DNA from: Sphyrna mokarran
Taxonomy: Eukaryota
Direction of reading: 5' to 3'
Length of the DNA stretch: 64,000 nt
Assembly (NCBI GenBank): GCA_024679065.1
Contig: JAGIQG010000040.1
Coordinates: 6,076,001 to 6,140,000 of the forward strand
Part shown: positions 49,631 through 62,785 of the stretch, piece after piece
How positions within the stretch are numbered: the stretch's first letter is position 1
Layout: the number at the start of each line of letters is the position of its first letter
Made by a program: the position numbers and the translations under genes
The notes under the pieces: model-generated
What the model was told of the DNA's origin: nothing
Database searches by the model: none
What the model saw: the letters and a program-made list of their open reading frames with translations, nothing else

Positions 49631-51104
49631 GGTGATTGGATTTATCTGTTAATCACATCAAGGACCGAACTGTGTTCAATGTAAGTGAACTGGTAAATGA
49701 GGTTAAAGGACAGGTTAATAGAGGTGCAGTTATTCTTCTGGATTTTTTCTTTTGGAGAGCTATTACATTATTTCTGCTGTGAAATGGGAACTACTATTAT
49801 CCTCTACCCATTTCAGGATGCCTTATCCAGAATTTTAGTTATTGTGTCTGCATCATTTTTACAAACAGGGAAGGTTACAATCCATCAGGTAAGCATACCT
49901 GTAATTAGCAGGACATACCAGTCTCCTCCTTTTAGTGTGGTGAGTGGGCCTGTATAATCAAGCTGCAATGTTTCCCAGGGAACATCAATAATATGGAATG
50001 TGTTAATTGGGAAAATGCATTTTGCAGAATCTGATTAATTTGAACACGAGGCACAAATTCAGGTGCTGATGGACATTCTGATGCAGCTTCAGCCACTGAA
50101 AGTATGATCATGTTATATAATATTGAGGAGTCACAAAACAAGAAATATGCCCTGTTTTGATCCACCAAATATACTAATTCTTTTCTAAGCTATTGAGTTG
50201 TGACTAAAGTCAAAGTTAAGCCATATTTGTGAAAGAAAACTTCATTATGTCAGATGAATGAGTTCTTACTTGCTGTGAATGATGAGAGAAAGTTTCCTCG
50301 ATGGTGCCCACCCTCTTTGCCCACAATCATCTTAGATCAGTGTCCTGACAGGTTTTTAACTGATATGTAACTGGAGTCTGTTGTACCAGTTCCAATGATT
50401 GTGTTTTGGGTGGATCTCATGGAATCTCCTGGTGAGTCAGTCTCCTTGCTTATTACCGTCACTCTTCACTAACTCCTGCTGACCTACCTTCACCTGACAA
50501 ATAGCAATTTGTCCTGGACATCCAGTAACATTCCCAATCATTCAGAGTTTGGAATGATGAGGAATGATTTCCTTTCTGCTGTGGAGAAGCTGTGTTTTCT
50601 CCCCCAGAGGGGTAGGTTTCTGAGGGAATTACAACCAAAGTAGCTTTCAGAATATTTCGTGATTATATCGGAAACAGTTTGAAGGGCTGTGATCGCAATA
50701 ACCTCAGAGTTCTGGGCTAAATTTTGCGATCGTGGTGGGTATTTAGTAAGGATACTACAACTGTTGTGGAGAATCAAACATGCAGCTCCACTCTGATACA
50801 AACCTTGTTCATAAAACCAACACCTGATCGCACAAACCCCAGTGCAATGCAACAGTTGTTTGTCTTTAACAGGTTCATTAGACAAGACTGCTTTTGCCTG
50901 ACTGAGATGTAGGATTTTTTCATACTGAAACATCCCAGCCAAGAAATAATTATGAAGATTCAGGACATGAATGCTTTTTCTTTGTGGTTCCATAATTCAA
51001 CCACTTGAACACATTGTAAAACTCCATTGGCGTTTTAGGATAATGTCACTGCAGTATTTGGGGACTGCCGAAATATACAATTAAACTCTGCCAGGCACTT
51101 TATG

Positions 51105-52350
51105 TTAAAGAGGTGTAAATTGTCTCCAGCCAAGACAGTGGGATTTTGAAAGGCCAGGCAAGTCGTGGGGGTTAAAGATAATGTGAAATGAACCCAAGAT
51201 CGTGTTGAGGTCATCCTCATGTCTGTGCGGACCTTGGCTATCAGTTTTTGCTCTGCATTCTGCATTGTTGTGCGTTGTGAAGGCCACCTTGGAGAACGCT
51301 TATCTGAAAGATCAGAGGTTGAATGCCTGTAACTGCTGAAGAGTTCCCCGACAGGAGGAGAACACTGCTGCCAGGTGATAGTTGCATCCATTCATCCGTT
51401 GTCGTAGCGTCTGCATGGTCTCCCCAGCGTACCATGCCTTGGGAAATCCTTTCCTGCAGCTTATCGAGTAGAAATGTTGGCTGAGTCACAAGAGTATGCA
51501 CTGTGTACCTGGTGGATGGTATTCTCACGTGATTGTATCCATGTCTATGATCCGGCATGTCTTGCAGAGGTTGCTGTGGCAGGTTTGTGTGGTGTCCTGT
51601 TCACTGTTCTCCTGAATGATGGGTAGTTTGCTGCAGACAGTAGTCTGTTTGAGGCTGTTTAAAAGCAAAAAGTGAGGATGTGGGGATGACCTTGGCGAGA
51701 TGTTCGTTGTCATCGATGACATGTTGAAGGCTCCAGTAAAGATGTAGCTTCTTCACTCTGGGAAGTACTGGATGACGAAGGGTACTCTGTCTACCATGAT
51801 CCATGTTTGTCTTCTGAGGAGGTCAGTGCGGGAGTGTTGTCTTCTCATCGGGGAACACTCACAGGCATTCAGTCTCTGATCTTCAGGTAAGCATTCTCCA
51901 AGTGGCCTTCATGACACACGGTAATGCAGAATTGCTGAGCAAAAACTGATAGCCAGATTCCGCACACGTGAGGGCGGCCTCAACCAGGATCTTGGGTTCA
52001 TGCTACACTGTCTGTAACCCAACCCCCATGACTTGCCGAGGCTTGCAAAGTCTTAGTAACTGTCCTGGAGACAATTCACATCTCTTTAACCTGTGCTTAA
52101 CCCTCTCTTCACTCACATTGTCTGTGCCTGTAAAGACTTGTTTACCTATAAAGATTCGCATTCCAACTGTTATCTTGTAAACTGAGTGTGTGTCTATGTA
52201 GGCCTTTTTGTGAACACAACTCTTCACTCACCTGAAGGAGAAACACTGTGAAAGCTTGTGCTACCAAATAAACCTTTTGGACTTTAACTTTTTGTTGTGA
52301 GACCTCTTAATGTGCTTACTCCAGTCCATCGCCAGCATCTCCACATCACG
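51105..52350. mobile_element. Penelope-like retroelement: GIY-YIG endonuclease region on - (~51105-51830) plus an inverted 3' copy on + (~51830-52350)
   Basis: Minus strand encodes ..CRKG..WYAGETMQTLRQRMNG.. and AEQKLIAKVRT; the inverted terminal copy is typical of Penelope elements. Confidence 0.75.
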
Positions 52351-52559
52351 ATTGAATCCAGTCAGAATTAGCACCATCAAAGAAGGAGTGAGAGGGTTAT
52401 AAAAGTTTTGATATCTCTGTGTGACCCGCAGAAAAACCTCCAGAAATGCAGCGCAGCAGATCACCAATTCACAATATTTTGTTAATTTATCTCAAATGTT
52501 AATAATTTTATTTCGTATTAACTGTTTGAAATTGCAGTGGTGCAGTTAACACCCAGCAT

Positions 52560-52915
52560 TCGCTGCGGGTGTGAAAGTGCCCTATTCACTCCACAGGATC
52601 TCAGTGCGCAGGCGCGGTGCTGCCTCCGGAGCATGCGCAGTGTCACTTCCCTCGGAGCCCTCCGGGTGCGGGAGACGTTTCCGTTTCCCGGGTGAGAGTC
52701 GGTGGGGCGGAGGGAGGAATGGAGCCGGGAGTCGGGGTGGAGAGGGACCGGAGGCTTCACAAACACCCGCTGTAGGCCGCAAGGTCCGAATCAAAGCCTG
52801 CGGGTCCCGGGTTTGCAGCTCCGGGGATTTTATCCGGGATCCGGTCCAGGGCCGCGGCCGCCATCTTTGTTCAGCGGTGAGCAGAGCGCATGCGCGGCTA
52901 GTGGGCGGAGCTAAA
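52560..52915 (+). promoter_or_regulatory. CpG-island promoter and first exon, probably of ZNF-7b
   Basis: CpG-rich; GCATGCGCA and GCGCATGCGC (NRF1), CACTTCC/TTTCCG (ETS), CGCCATCTT (YY1), GC boxes; donors g|gtgaga at ~52692 and g|gtgagc at ~52877. Confidence 0.65.
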
Positions 52916-53109
52916 GCAGACAATGCTGGAAAATCTGAGCAGGTCTGACAGCTTCTGGAGAGATTGGAGCCAATGTTTCCAGTCTGGATGACCCTATGTC
53001 AGAGCTAAGGGTAAAGAGAATCAGAAAAAAAAAATTATACCATGGGGTGGAATGGGATGAAGGGAATGTAAATGAGGATAAAGATGCCTGAGAAGTTGCT
53101 AAAATTCAG

Positions 53110-53425
53110 AGAATCACAGAACCTTACAGTGCAGGAGGAGGTCATTTGGCCCATCGAGTCTGCACCGATCACAATCCCACCCAGGCCCTATCCCCGTAAC
53201 CTCATGCATTTGCCAAGCTCGTCCCCCTAACACGAAGGGGCAATTTAGCACAGCCATTCCACCTAACCTGTACATCTTGGGACTGTGGGAGTAAACCCGA
53301 GCACCCGGAGGAAACCCATACTGACATGGGGAGAACGTGCAAACTTCACACAAACAGTGACCCAAGCTGGGAATCGAACCCAGGTCCCTGGCTCTGTGAG
53401 ACAGCAGTGCAACCACTCTGCCACT
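53110..53425 (-). mobile_element. tRNA-derived SINE
   Basis: Well-preserved head, core and tail. Confidence 0.85.
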
Positions 53426-55153
53426 GTCCTGCCTACAGTGGCACAGTGTCCATTCAGAGATCAGAATGTTTTGAACGGCAGAACAGAAGTATAGATGGTT
53501 AAGGCAGTTGGCCTGGAGGGAAGAGGCACAAAAAGAAGAATGGAAAAATGGAAGTGGAAAAATAGAAGAGAGAAAGAAGAGTGACATAAATGGATGAATG
53601 AGATGAAAAGATGAAATAAAATTAAGTAAAACTAATGGAAATTCGGTGAGGAGGAGAGAGTTCAGGCTGTAAACTTGTTCACTCAATGTTCAATTAGGAA
53701 GGCTGTAAAGTGCCCATTTGGAAGATGAGGTATTGTTCTTTTGGTTTGCTTTGGGGTTCAAAAGGCCAAGGATGGATGTGTGGACAGGAAGTCAGAGTGG
53801 TGTGTTCAAGTGGCAAGCATCTTTATCTTAGAGCTTTATTTTTAACGACCTGCTGTTATAGATTCACCATTGAGGAGAAATATCCTTTCAGAACTTATTT
53901 TATCAAGCACCCAGATAATCTTATATGCTTCAATAAGTTCATCTTTCATTTCTCTAAAATTCAATGATTACAGATGCATCCTGCCCAAACTTTCTTCATA
54001 AAACAAACCCATTTGTGTCCTGAATCAGCTTAGCGCATCTTGTCTGAATTATTCCCAATGTAAACATATTGATCTTAACTAATCCTACATCAGGAAGCAG
54101 GAGGAGAGAATATTCTCTGTTTCTATCCTGGACTGAATGATGAATTTTGGAAACTCCTTTTCCAGGGGTTTAGGAGTGAGAATTTACACAGCAATCTCAA
54201 ACAAAGAAAAATATTTATTTCCTAATTTTGAACCACAGTTGACATGAGTCTTATAATCTGCTTTTACAGAGAGTTAGAAGATTTAGAGACTGCAATTTTT
54301 CCTTTCACTCCAGTGCTTTTGACATCTTTCCAGCTGTAGACTCCAGCAGCAAGTTTAAATTTGAAAACAGTGAAATTGTTCCAGAAGTATTATTGAGCAC
54401 TCATCTACAGTTCAAAGTTTTTAGTGCTGTGCTCTATTATCTGTGCAAGATTCTATGGTTCTGGGGCTGGTGTGATTCACCAGCAAGTTCACACAGGGGA
54501 AAGGCCGTTCACCTGCACTGTGTGTGGAGGGGGTTCAGTCGGTCATTCCACTTGCTGACACATTGGTGAGGGAGCATTTACCTGTTCTGATTATGGGAAG
54601 GGATTTACTTAGTATTCCACCTGCTGAGATACTAGCAAGTTGACAAGTGATGACAGGGGTTGGATTCTGCTGTTATTGCTGCTGTTAATCATGTCCAGGA
54701 TTGAACCATGTTCATTCATCCAAGTCATCGGTGCAGACTTGATGCAGTTCCTGTACTGCAAGGATTCTACAGATTCTTAAGATTCTGTATGAATTGAACA
54801 GAATTTCACTATTTCTGATTTCTGTACATCTGGAGATAAATGCAACTCCTATGTGAGCATTTTGATTGATTTGCTGACTTGCAATGACGTTTTAAATTCA
54901 TTATTCACTTTAAACCAGGGAGGAAAGAATGTTCCACCGCACCTAGGATTGCCTATTGTTTCTGAGCTGTATCGACAGTGGTGACATTTGTAAACTCCTT
55001 TTACAGGATATTAAAAGGGGAGGATTTGCCATCAGAAATTTCAAACAAAACTTCACATCAAGCTCTGACGGAATCATTCATTAGGATGGGAAACCAACGC
55101 CTGTTTAACCATCAGAGTGTCAAGAGAAACACTGAGACATAGACACCCACCCC

Positions 55154-56584
55154 ATGGGAAAACAGTGGAAATGTGAGGATTGTGGAAAGGGATTCAGATT
55201 CCCGTCTGGGCTGGAAACACATCGACGCCGTCACACTGGGGAGAAACCATTCACCTGCTCCAATTGTGGGAAAGGATTTGCAGATTCCTCCACCCTACTG
55301 GCACACCAGCGAGTTCACACTGGGGAGAAACCGTTCACCTGCTCCAATTGTGGGAAAGGATTCAATCAGTCTTCCAACTTGCTGAAACACCAGCGAGTTC
55401 ACACTGGGGAGAGACTGTTCACCTGTTCCAGTTGTGGGAAGGGATTCACTCAGTCATCCCATCTGCTGACACACCAGCTCGTTCACACTGGAGAGAGACC
55501 GTTCACCTGCTCCGTGTGTGGGGAAGGATTCGGAGATTCCTCCAGCCTGCTGAGACACAAGAGAGTTCACACTGGGGAGAGACCGTTCATCTGCTCCAAT
55601 TGCGGGAAGGGATTCTCTCGGTCATCCACTCTGCTGACACACCAGCGAGTTCACACTGGGGAGAGACCGTTTACCTGCTCCGATTGTGGGAAGGGATTCA
55701 GCCAGTTAGCCACCCTGCTGACACATCAGCGAGTCCACACTGGGCAGAAGCCATTCACCTGCTCCGTGTGTGGAAAGGGATTCATTCGATCATTCCACCT
55801 GCTGAGACACCAGCGGGTTCACACTGGGGAGAGGCCGTTCACCTGCTCAGAGTGTGAGAAGGGATTCAGTGATTTATCGGCGCTGCAGACACACCAGCGA
55901 GTTCACACTGGAGAGAGACCATTTACCTGTTCCGATTGTGGGAAGGGATTTACTCGGGCATCCACACTGCTGATACACCAGCGAGTTCACACTGGGGAGA
56001 GACCATTCACCTGCTCTGTGTGTGGAAAGGGGTTCATTCGGTCATTCCATCTGCAGAGACACCAGCGAGTTCACACTGGGGAGAGGCCGTTCACCTGCTC
56101 AGAGTGTGAGAAGGGATTCAGTGATTTATCTGCACTGCAGACACACCAGCGAGTTCACACTGGGGAGCGACCATTCACCTGCTCTGTGTGTGGAAAGGGG
56201 TTCATTCGGTCATTCCAGCTGCAGAGACACCAGCGAGTTCACACTGGGGAGAGACCGTTCACCTGCTCAGAGTGTGAGAAGGGATTCAGTGATTTATCTG
56301 CGCTGCAGACACACCAGCGAGTTCACACTGGAGAGAGACCATTTATCTGTTCTGATTGTGGGAAAGGATTCACTCGGACATCCACGCTGCTGATACACCA
56401 GCGAGTTCACACGGGGGAGAGACCATTCACCTGTTCTAACTGTGGGAAGGGATTCACTCAGATATCCACCCTGCTGTCCCACCAGCGAATCCACACTGGA
56501 GAGAAGCCATTTACCTGCTCTGTGTGTGGGAAGGGATTCACTCAGTTATCCAGCTTGTTGAAACATCAACCAGTTCACAAGTGA
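55154..56584 (+). CDS. C2H2 zinc-finger protein, 476 aa, 17 fingers (ZNF-7b)
   Basis: Identical to ZNF-7a except FNQSSNL vs FTQSSNL in finger 3; acceptor ttttacag|GATATT at 55007. Confidence 0.92.
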   Translation: MGKQWKCEDCGKGFRFPSGLETHRRRHTGEKPFTCSNCGKGFADSSTLLAHQRVHTGEKPFTCSNCGKGFNQSSNLLKHQRVHTGERLFTCSSCGKGFTQSSHLLTHQLVHTGERPFTCSVCGEGFGDSSSLLRHKRVHTGERPFICSNCGKGFSRSSTLLTHQRVHTGERPFTCSDCGKGFSQLATLLTHQRVHTGQKPFTCSVCGKGFIRSFHLLRHQRVHTGERPFTCSECEKGFSDLSALQTHQRVHTGERPFTCSDCGKGFTRASTLLIHQRVHTGERPFTCSVCGKGFIRSFHLQRHQRVHTGERPFTCSECEKGFSDLSALQTHQRVHTGERPFTCSVCGKGFIRSFQLQRHQRVHTGERPFTCSECEKGFSDLSALQTHQRVHTGERPFICSDCGKGFTRTSTLLIHQRVHTGERPFTCSNCGKGFTQISTLLSHQRIHTGEKPFTCSVCGKGFTQLSSLLKHQPVHK

Positions 56585-58058
56585 TGACAGGAGTTGGATT
56601 TTGCTGTCATTGCTGCTGTTATTCATATCCAGGACTGAAGCACGTTCATTCTGACAGTCGGTGAAGTGGGAGGGTCAGAGGGTTTCTTGCTGTTGGACTG
56701 GACAGTCTCTCTATTTTAATTCCAGTGGCTGATTCCCTTTGAGCGAGGGCACATTCCCACTGAAATGATCCATGAAAGCAGATGTCACATGAGACTGAAA
56801 TGAGGAAAAACATCAAAGGACAGTGAACGTGGGAAATTCTCTATCACAGAAGGCTGTGGAATCGAAATCACTGAATATTTTCAAGGAAGAGATAGTTTTC
56901 ATTTTAGATTTTAAAGGGTATTTGGGTGGTATGGAAAGGATATAGCATTGAGATAGAGGATCAGCCATGATCATATTGAATGGTGGAGCAGGGCCCCGTG
57001 CTGTTTTGTTCTTTTTTTGTTCAGATCAAATGGCCTACTCTTAGTTTCTATATCGTACAATAACTTTATACTGGATATTAATGAGTAAATTTAAGGAGGA
57101 GTTAGACAGATTTTTAATTGGTAACGGGTTGAACAGTGATGGGGAGAAGGCAGGAAAATGGGGATGAGGAGTGTATCAGCCATGATCAAATGGCAGAGAA
57201 AACTAATGGGCTGAATGGCCTAATTCTGCTCTTATATCTGACAAACTTATGAACAGAGTTTTAAGATTTTAGAAAGAGAGATAGTGAAAATAATTTCTTT
57301 TATATAGTAAGCAGTAATGAGCTGGAACTCAATGTTTAAATTCAAAGGCTGATAATATCTAGACCCTGATGAATGGGGTTTGCCCTGAATGTTGAGGCCT
57401 CCCCTCCCACCTGCTGCCTCTAACGCTGCCTCTGCTTAACCACCTCCTTCCCGCCTGAAGGTGAAACTAACAAGCGCCTGTCCCTGGACATGAGCCACAC
57501 TGTGCATGCCCCGCATCACAATGCCCGGGGGGTGATTGACGGCAGCTTCGAACCAATAGGAAGAGGACTGAGGGGGAGTGACACATCCTCCAACCAATCA
57601 GAGTGAATGAGGGGCGGAGTCTTAAGTGGTGACCAGAACTTTATAAATATTCAGGATAACTTCCCTGTTTATATCTCAATATCACACTTTATGAAGCTCA
57701 GGGTCAAATTTGCTTTGCTGTCTACTGTCTTAGTATGTCTTGTAGATATACAAAACCCCTCTCCTTCACCTCTTTCTCTCAGCTTCTGTAAAGGCCAGTT
57801 GAGTTTTTGTGACAATCAAGCAGTTTTTATGGTCATTTTTTCCTCCTGCCAGCTTCACAAATTACCAGATTTGTTCAGCTCAGTTTCACAAGCTGCCTTT
57901 GTGTTTTGTGGGGTCTCTCTCATTCCCTTTTTTTCTATTTTAAATGAATTTCACAGGGTATTGGAAGTTGAGGATTTGCAGTTGGGAAATTTGAACATCA
58001 CCTCAGGATCTGAGAGTCACCCAATTCATCAGAACTTCAGTATCATCAGAATTTGAAC

Positions 58059-58607
58059 ATGGAAGGTAAAAGCACTGTTAAGAGTGTGGAGAAACCGTAC
58101 ATGTGTTCTGAGTGTGGGCAAGGCTACAGCCGATCATCTGGCCTGTTGAGACACAAGCACGTTCACACTGGAGAGAGACCCTATAAATGTGGGGACTGTG
58201 GGAAGGGATTCAGTTACCCATTTGAACTGAAAGCTCATGAGCGAAATCACACTGGGGAACGACAGTTCACCTGTCTCGTGTGTGGGAAGGGATTCACTCA
58301 GTCTTCCAGTCTGGTGACACATCAGCGAATTCACACCGGGGAGAGGCCGTTCATCTGCTCTGACTGTGGAAAGCGATTCACTCATTCATACAACCTGCTG
58401 AACCACCGGAGAGTTCACACTGGGGAGAGACCATTCCTCTGCTCTGACTGTGGGATGGGATTCACTCACTCATCGAACCTGCTGGCACATGAGCGAGTTC
58501 ACACTGGGGAGAAACCATTCACCTGCCCCGGTTGTGGGAAAGGATTCACTCGGTTAGCCAACCTGCGGAAACACCAGCGCAGTCACACTGATAAGAAATG
58601 TGTCTGA
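58059..58607 (+). CDS. C2H2 zinc-finger protein, 6 fingers (ZNF-6b)
   Basis: Mirror of ZNF-6a with 3 aa differences (S/G, A/V, P/L). Confidence 0.85.
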   Translation: MEGKSTVKSVEKPYMCSECGQGYSRSSGLLRHKHVHTGERPYKCGDCGKGFSYPFELKAHERNHTGERQFTCLVCGKGFTQSSSLVTHQRIHTGERPFICSDCGKRFTHSYNLLNHRRVHTGERPFLCSDCGMGFTHSSNLLAHERVHTGEKPFTCPGCGKGFTRLANLRKHQRSHTDKKCV

Positions 58608-61600
58608 ATGCTCAACTCCAGGAAGTGCTGTGGAAGATTGGACGAACCGATGTCCCATCAACATGTGACACTGACAAGAGACTATTCGGATGCTCTCACT
58701 ATAGGGCTGAGTTCAGACAATCATCTCAATCACTGTAAACCAGCACACTGATGTTGGGGAGAGGCTGTTCTGTCTGTTCCTTCCCCGTGTGAGCTGATTG
58801 TTTTAATTGTTCTCTTGCCTCGGGTCCTGTCAGTATCTGCAAAACTGTCAACATCAGCCCCATCCTCAAAGAACCAGCTCTTGATCCCACCATCTGTGCA
58901 AACTACTTCTGATTCCCAACTCCCCATTCCTCTCTAAAACCACAGAATGTTTTGGAAAATGGAGAATGTCGGGAAACTCACAGGAAAAATTTCAAAGTAA
59001 ATTTTCTCCAAGTTTATAAAAATGGAATACAATAGATGAAGTGAGCATTGGTTCCTTAGCAGGTAAGATGAGGCAGCACAGTGGTTAACACCGCTGCCTC
59101 ACACGGCCAGGAACCCGGGTTCAATTCCTGGTTTGGGTCACTATCTGTACGGAGTTTGCACGTCCTCCCTGTGTCTGCGTGGGTTTCCTCCGGGCGTTCC
59201 AGTTTCCTCCCACAGTCGAAAGTCATGTTGGTTAAATGCATTGACCTAAGCTGGTGCCATAGAGTGGCAACTCGGGGAATTTCACAGTAAATTCACTGCT
59301 GTGTTAATGCAAACCTTACTTGTGATTAATAAACTTTAAGTTTGAGAAATAAATGATAAATGGCCCAGACTTTGAACAAATATTTGTTCCTGTTTTCATT
59401 AAAACGCACAAAATACTATTGTGTTAGAAGCAGTTCAGAGAAGGTTCACTGGGCTGATTCCCGGGATGAAGGGGTTATTTTATGTGGAAAGTTGGGTCTG
59501 ACCACAGAGTTTATCAGAATGAGAGACAATCTTATTCTGAGAGGGTTTGACAGGGTGGATGCTGAGAGGATGTTTTCCATCTGGAAATCTCGAACTGGAA
59601 GCGCAGAGTATTTAATAATATTCGGGGAGGTGAGGAGGAATTAAATGGGAGAAGAAGAGGAATTTCTTCTCATTCACTTTTGGAGTTCTCTCTCCTTAGA
59701 GAGCAGTGGAGGCTGGGTCATTAAATATATTCAAGGCTGAACTCCACACAGCTTTGATCAAAAGGGAGGTGAAGGTAATGGGAGCAAGGCAGGAATGTGG
59801 AGTTCAGGCTGCAATCAGCCATAATCTGACCAGCCACAATCTCATTGATTGGCAGAGCAATCTCGGTGGGTGAAATGACTGATTCCTGCTCCTATTTCTT
59901 ATACTTTCTGAAAAGGAAGGAGCAGCAGGTTGTATCCAATAATTTCCCGTTTTAAAGATATGCCATCGTAAATAAAATACAAGATGTGGAATATCATTGA
60001 GAATTCAATTACTTACAGAAAGGATTGAATCAAACATCTCGTCTTCTGAGGTACCAGTGAGCTCACAAATCAGTGGAGTCAATTCTACAGTGTTCACTTG
60101 TGATGCTACTGTGCATTTAAAGAATGTATTTTAATCCTTTTTTGGATCGTTGCCGTGACGTCTGATGGAAACACAATTGGCCTTTTTATTTGTAATTTGG
60201 GCCCAATGGAGTGTCCTGAGTTTTCCGAGTTTACGTCCCTTTGGAATTGTTATGGGAAGATTGATTGACAGATGAAGGTCGGGTTGTTCCTTCACAGAGG
60301 AATCCAAGGATTCACTTTCAGCTTTACTGGGAAGCGATTGGATTCCAGACTGGGAAGCAGTACTTCTGTGTCTCTCCCTGATATTAGAAATTCTGCTGGC
60401 TAGATGGAACCATCACATAATAATTACCAATCATTTTTCAGCCCCAGAAATTTGAACCCACTGTTTCACTCTCAGTCAGGAATACATCCCAGTTTTACAC
60501 CAATCTCTGATTTGACAGCACGTTTCCAGCCTTCCCCTTTATTTTTCCTGACTCTAAGCCCAGTTGTAAAGGAGCTTCTGTTCTGTGTCTACGAGCTCAG
60601 AGCTATGGGTGAAGTCACAAGGCACTGAGTGCTGGAGGGGCGGTATTTCCAATATTCACTCCTCCAGTTTCCAGGTCGGATCTGTGCTTCACTCAATGTC
60701 TGTTGTATCATTGTCCCAGGGTTAACAAGCTCCTGTGAATTCCTCCACCTGATATTTTAATACAGACTCTTATAAATTAGTTTGAATGGGTTTATTTTAA
60801 ATTAGTAACACCAGCCTTAAAGTCATTGATTCAAGATAGTCACAAAAACATGTTAAATCATTAGTGGCTACTGAGTACAATCGGGCCTGAGGCAAGGGTT
60901 TCAGAGTTGATTCCGTGCAATAGAATGTCTTATCAGTGTTGCCATAGTAAGCTGTCTGCAGTAAAAAGCCTGTTTGACTCTCCAACTCAGACTAAACTAT
61001 TATCTCCCACAACACAAAATATTACACCCTGTACTTTAATAAATTGCCACCAAGAGTTTAGATACAGAAATCATTCAAGCTGGAGAGTGTGTTTAAAAAA
61101 ATCATCCTACATTTTATAAAATAAACTTCTCAACAATGGTTCAGTTGCTGTTTGAGAATTGAGTCAGGTTTTGGGGATCTGACACCAGGAAGACCATGGC
61201 ACACAGTACAGAACAGATTCACTACAGCTCAGAAAGAAGCCATCCTGCCATCTGTGTGATTATGATGTGGAAATGCTGGCGTTGGACTGGGGTAAATACA
61301 GTAAGAAGTCTCTTAACTACAAGTTAAAGTCCAACAAGTTTATTTGATAGTAAACCCGCAAGCTTTCAGGGTTTGCCCCTTCGTCGGGTGAGTGGAGAGT
61401 TCTGGTTTCAAACAGAGCATATAAAGGCACACACAGTTTACAGAACACTGATTAGAATGCAAATCTTTACAGTTAATCAATTCTTAACGGTGCAGACAAT
61501 GTGAGTGGAGATAGCATGAAACATGGATTACAGAGATGTGTATTATCTCCAGTCAGGACAGTTAGTGAGATGTTGCAAGCCCAGGCAAGTCATGGGGGGG

Positions 61601-62371
61601 TGGGGTGGTAGTTGGGGTTATAGATAGGGCGACATGAACCCAAGATCCTGGTTGAGGCCATCCACGTGTGCAGAACTTGGCTATCAGTTTCTGCGCTGTC
61701 ATATGGCGTGAAGGCCGCGTTGGAGAACATTTACCCAAAGAAGGCCGAATGCCCATGAAATCCTGAGGCGTGGTACATTGGGAAGACCATGCAGACACTA
61801 CGACATGAATGGATGAACGAACACCACTCGACAATCACCAGGCAAGTCTGTTCCCTTCCTGTTGGTGAACACTTCAGTGGTCAAGGCCAGATCCTGCTTA
61901 TTTTACTAAAATCCATTCTCCCCCATCCCAAGTTTTTTTTTGCAACTCGTCGAGTACTTTGTCCATAACGAACTTCTGTTCTAGCTGACCCGCCCCCAAT
62001 ACCAAACCCACCACATTTCTCCATCTCTTTAGTTCTGAAGTGGAGTTACATCGTGAAACATTAACACTGTTTCTCTCTCCACAAATGATGACAAACCTGC
62101 TGCTTTTTTTCCAATTCTTTCTGTATTTATTTTAGTGATGGGAAAAACACTATTTACTATCTTGGATAACATAAATGTCTTTCATCACTTCTGTGAATCA
62201 GTGGAAATGTGCTCTCCCAGGCTCAAAGAGCATCAGCCCACTGGAAGCAAAATTTTGAAACTGGCCAGTCCAGCAGAAAGAAACCCTTCAACCTTCCTAC
62301 TTCACCAATGAACATGGTGCAGTTCTGGATGTGATTAACAGTAACAATAACAGCAGAATACATCCTGGCCA

Positions 62372-62785
62372 TCATTTGTGAACTTGCTGATGTGTTACCA
62401 GGTGGGATGGCTGAGTGAATCCCTTCCCACACACAAATGGTCTCTTTCCAGTGTGAACCCACTGGTGTGCCTGCAGGCTGGATAACCTTCTAAACTTCTT
62501 TGGGCAGTGAGAGCAGCTGAACGATCTCTCTTCAGTGTGAATGCCCCAATGGGACACTAGTTGCCAATATCTTTTGAAGCCGCTCCCACTGTCAGAACAT
62601 TTAAGGGTTTCTCATTGCTGTGAGTGATAGTGTGTTTCAACAAGTGAAAGTAACTGAGTGAATCCCTTCCCATACACGGAGCAGGTGAATGGCCTCTCCC
62701 CAGTGTGAATGCATTGGTGAATTTCCAGTTGACATGAGTGCCTAAATCCCTTCCCACGGTCCACACATTTCCACGGTTTCTCCAT
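62372..62785 (-). pseudogene. C2H2 ZNF pseudogene (mirror of ZNF-5)
   Basis: Same disrupted frames as 39720-40133. Confidence 0.85.

Noticed and set aside
56581-56638. Box C/D snoRNA-like GTGATGA..CTGA at the start of the ZNF 3' UTR
   Set aside because: TGATGA is the stop codon plus the next triplet; the location is exonic, there is no terminal stem, and the boxes are not kept in all paralogs.
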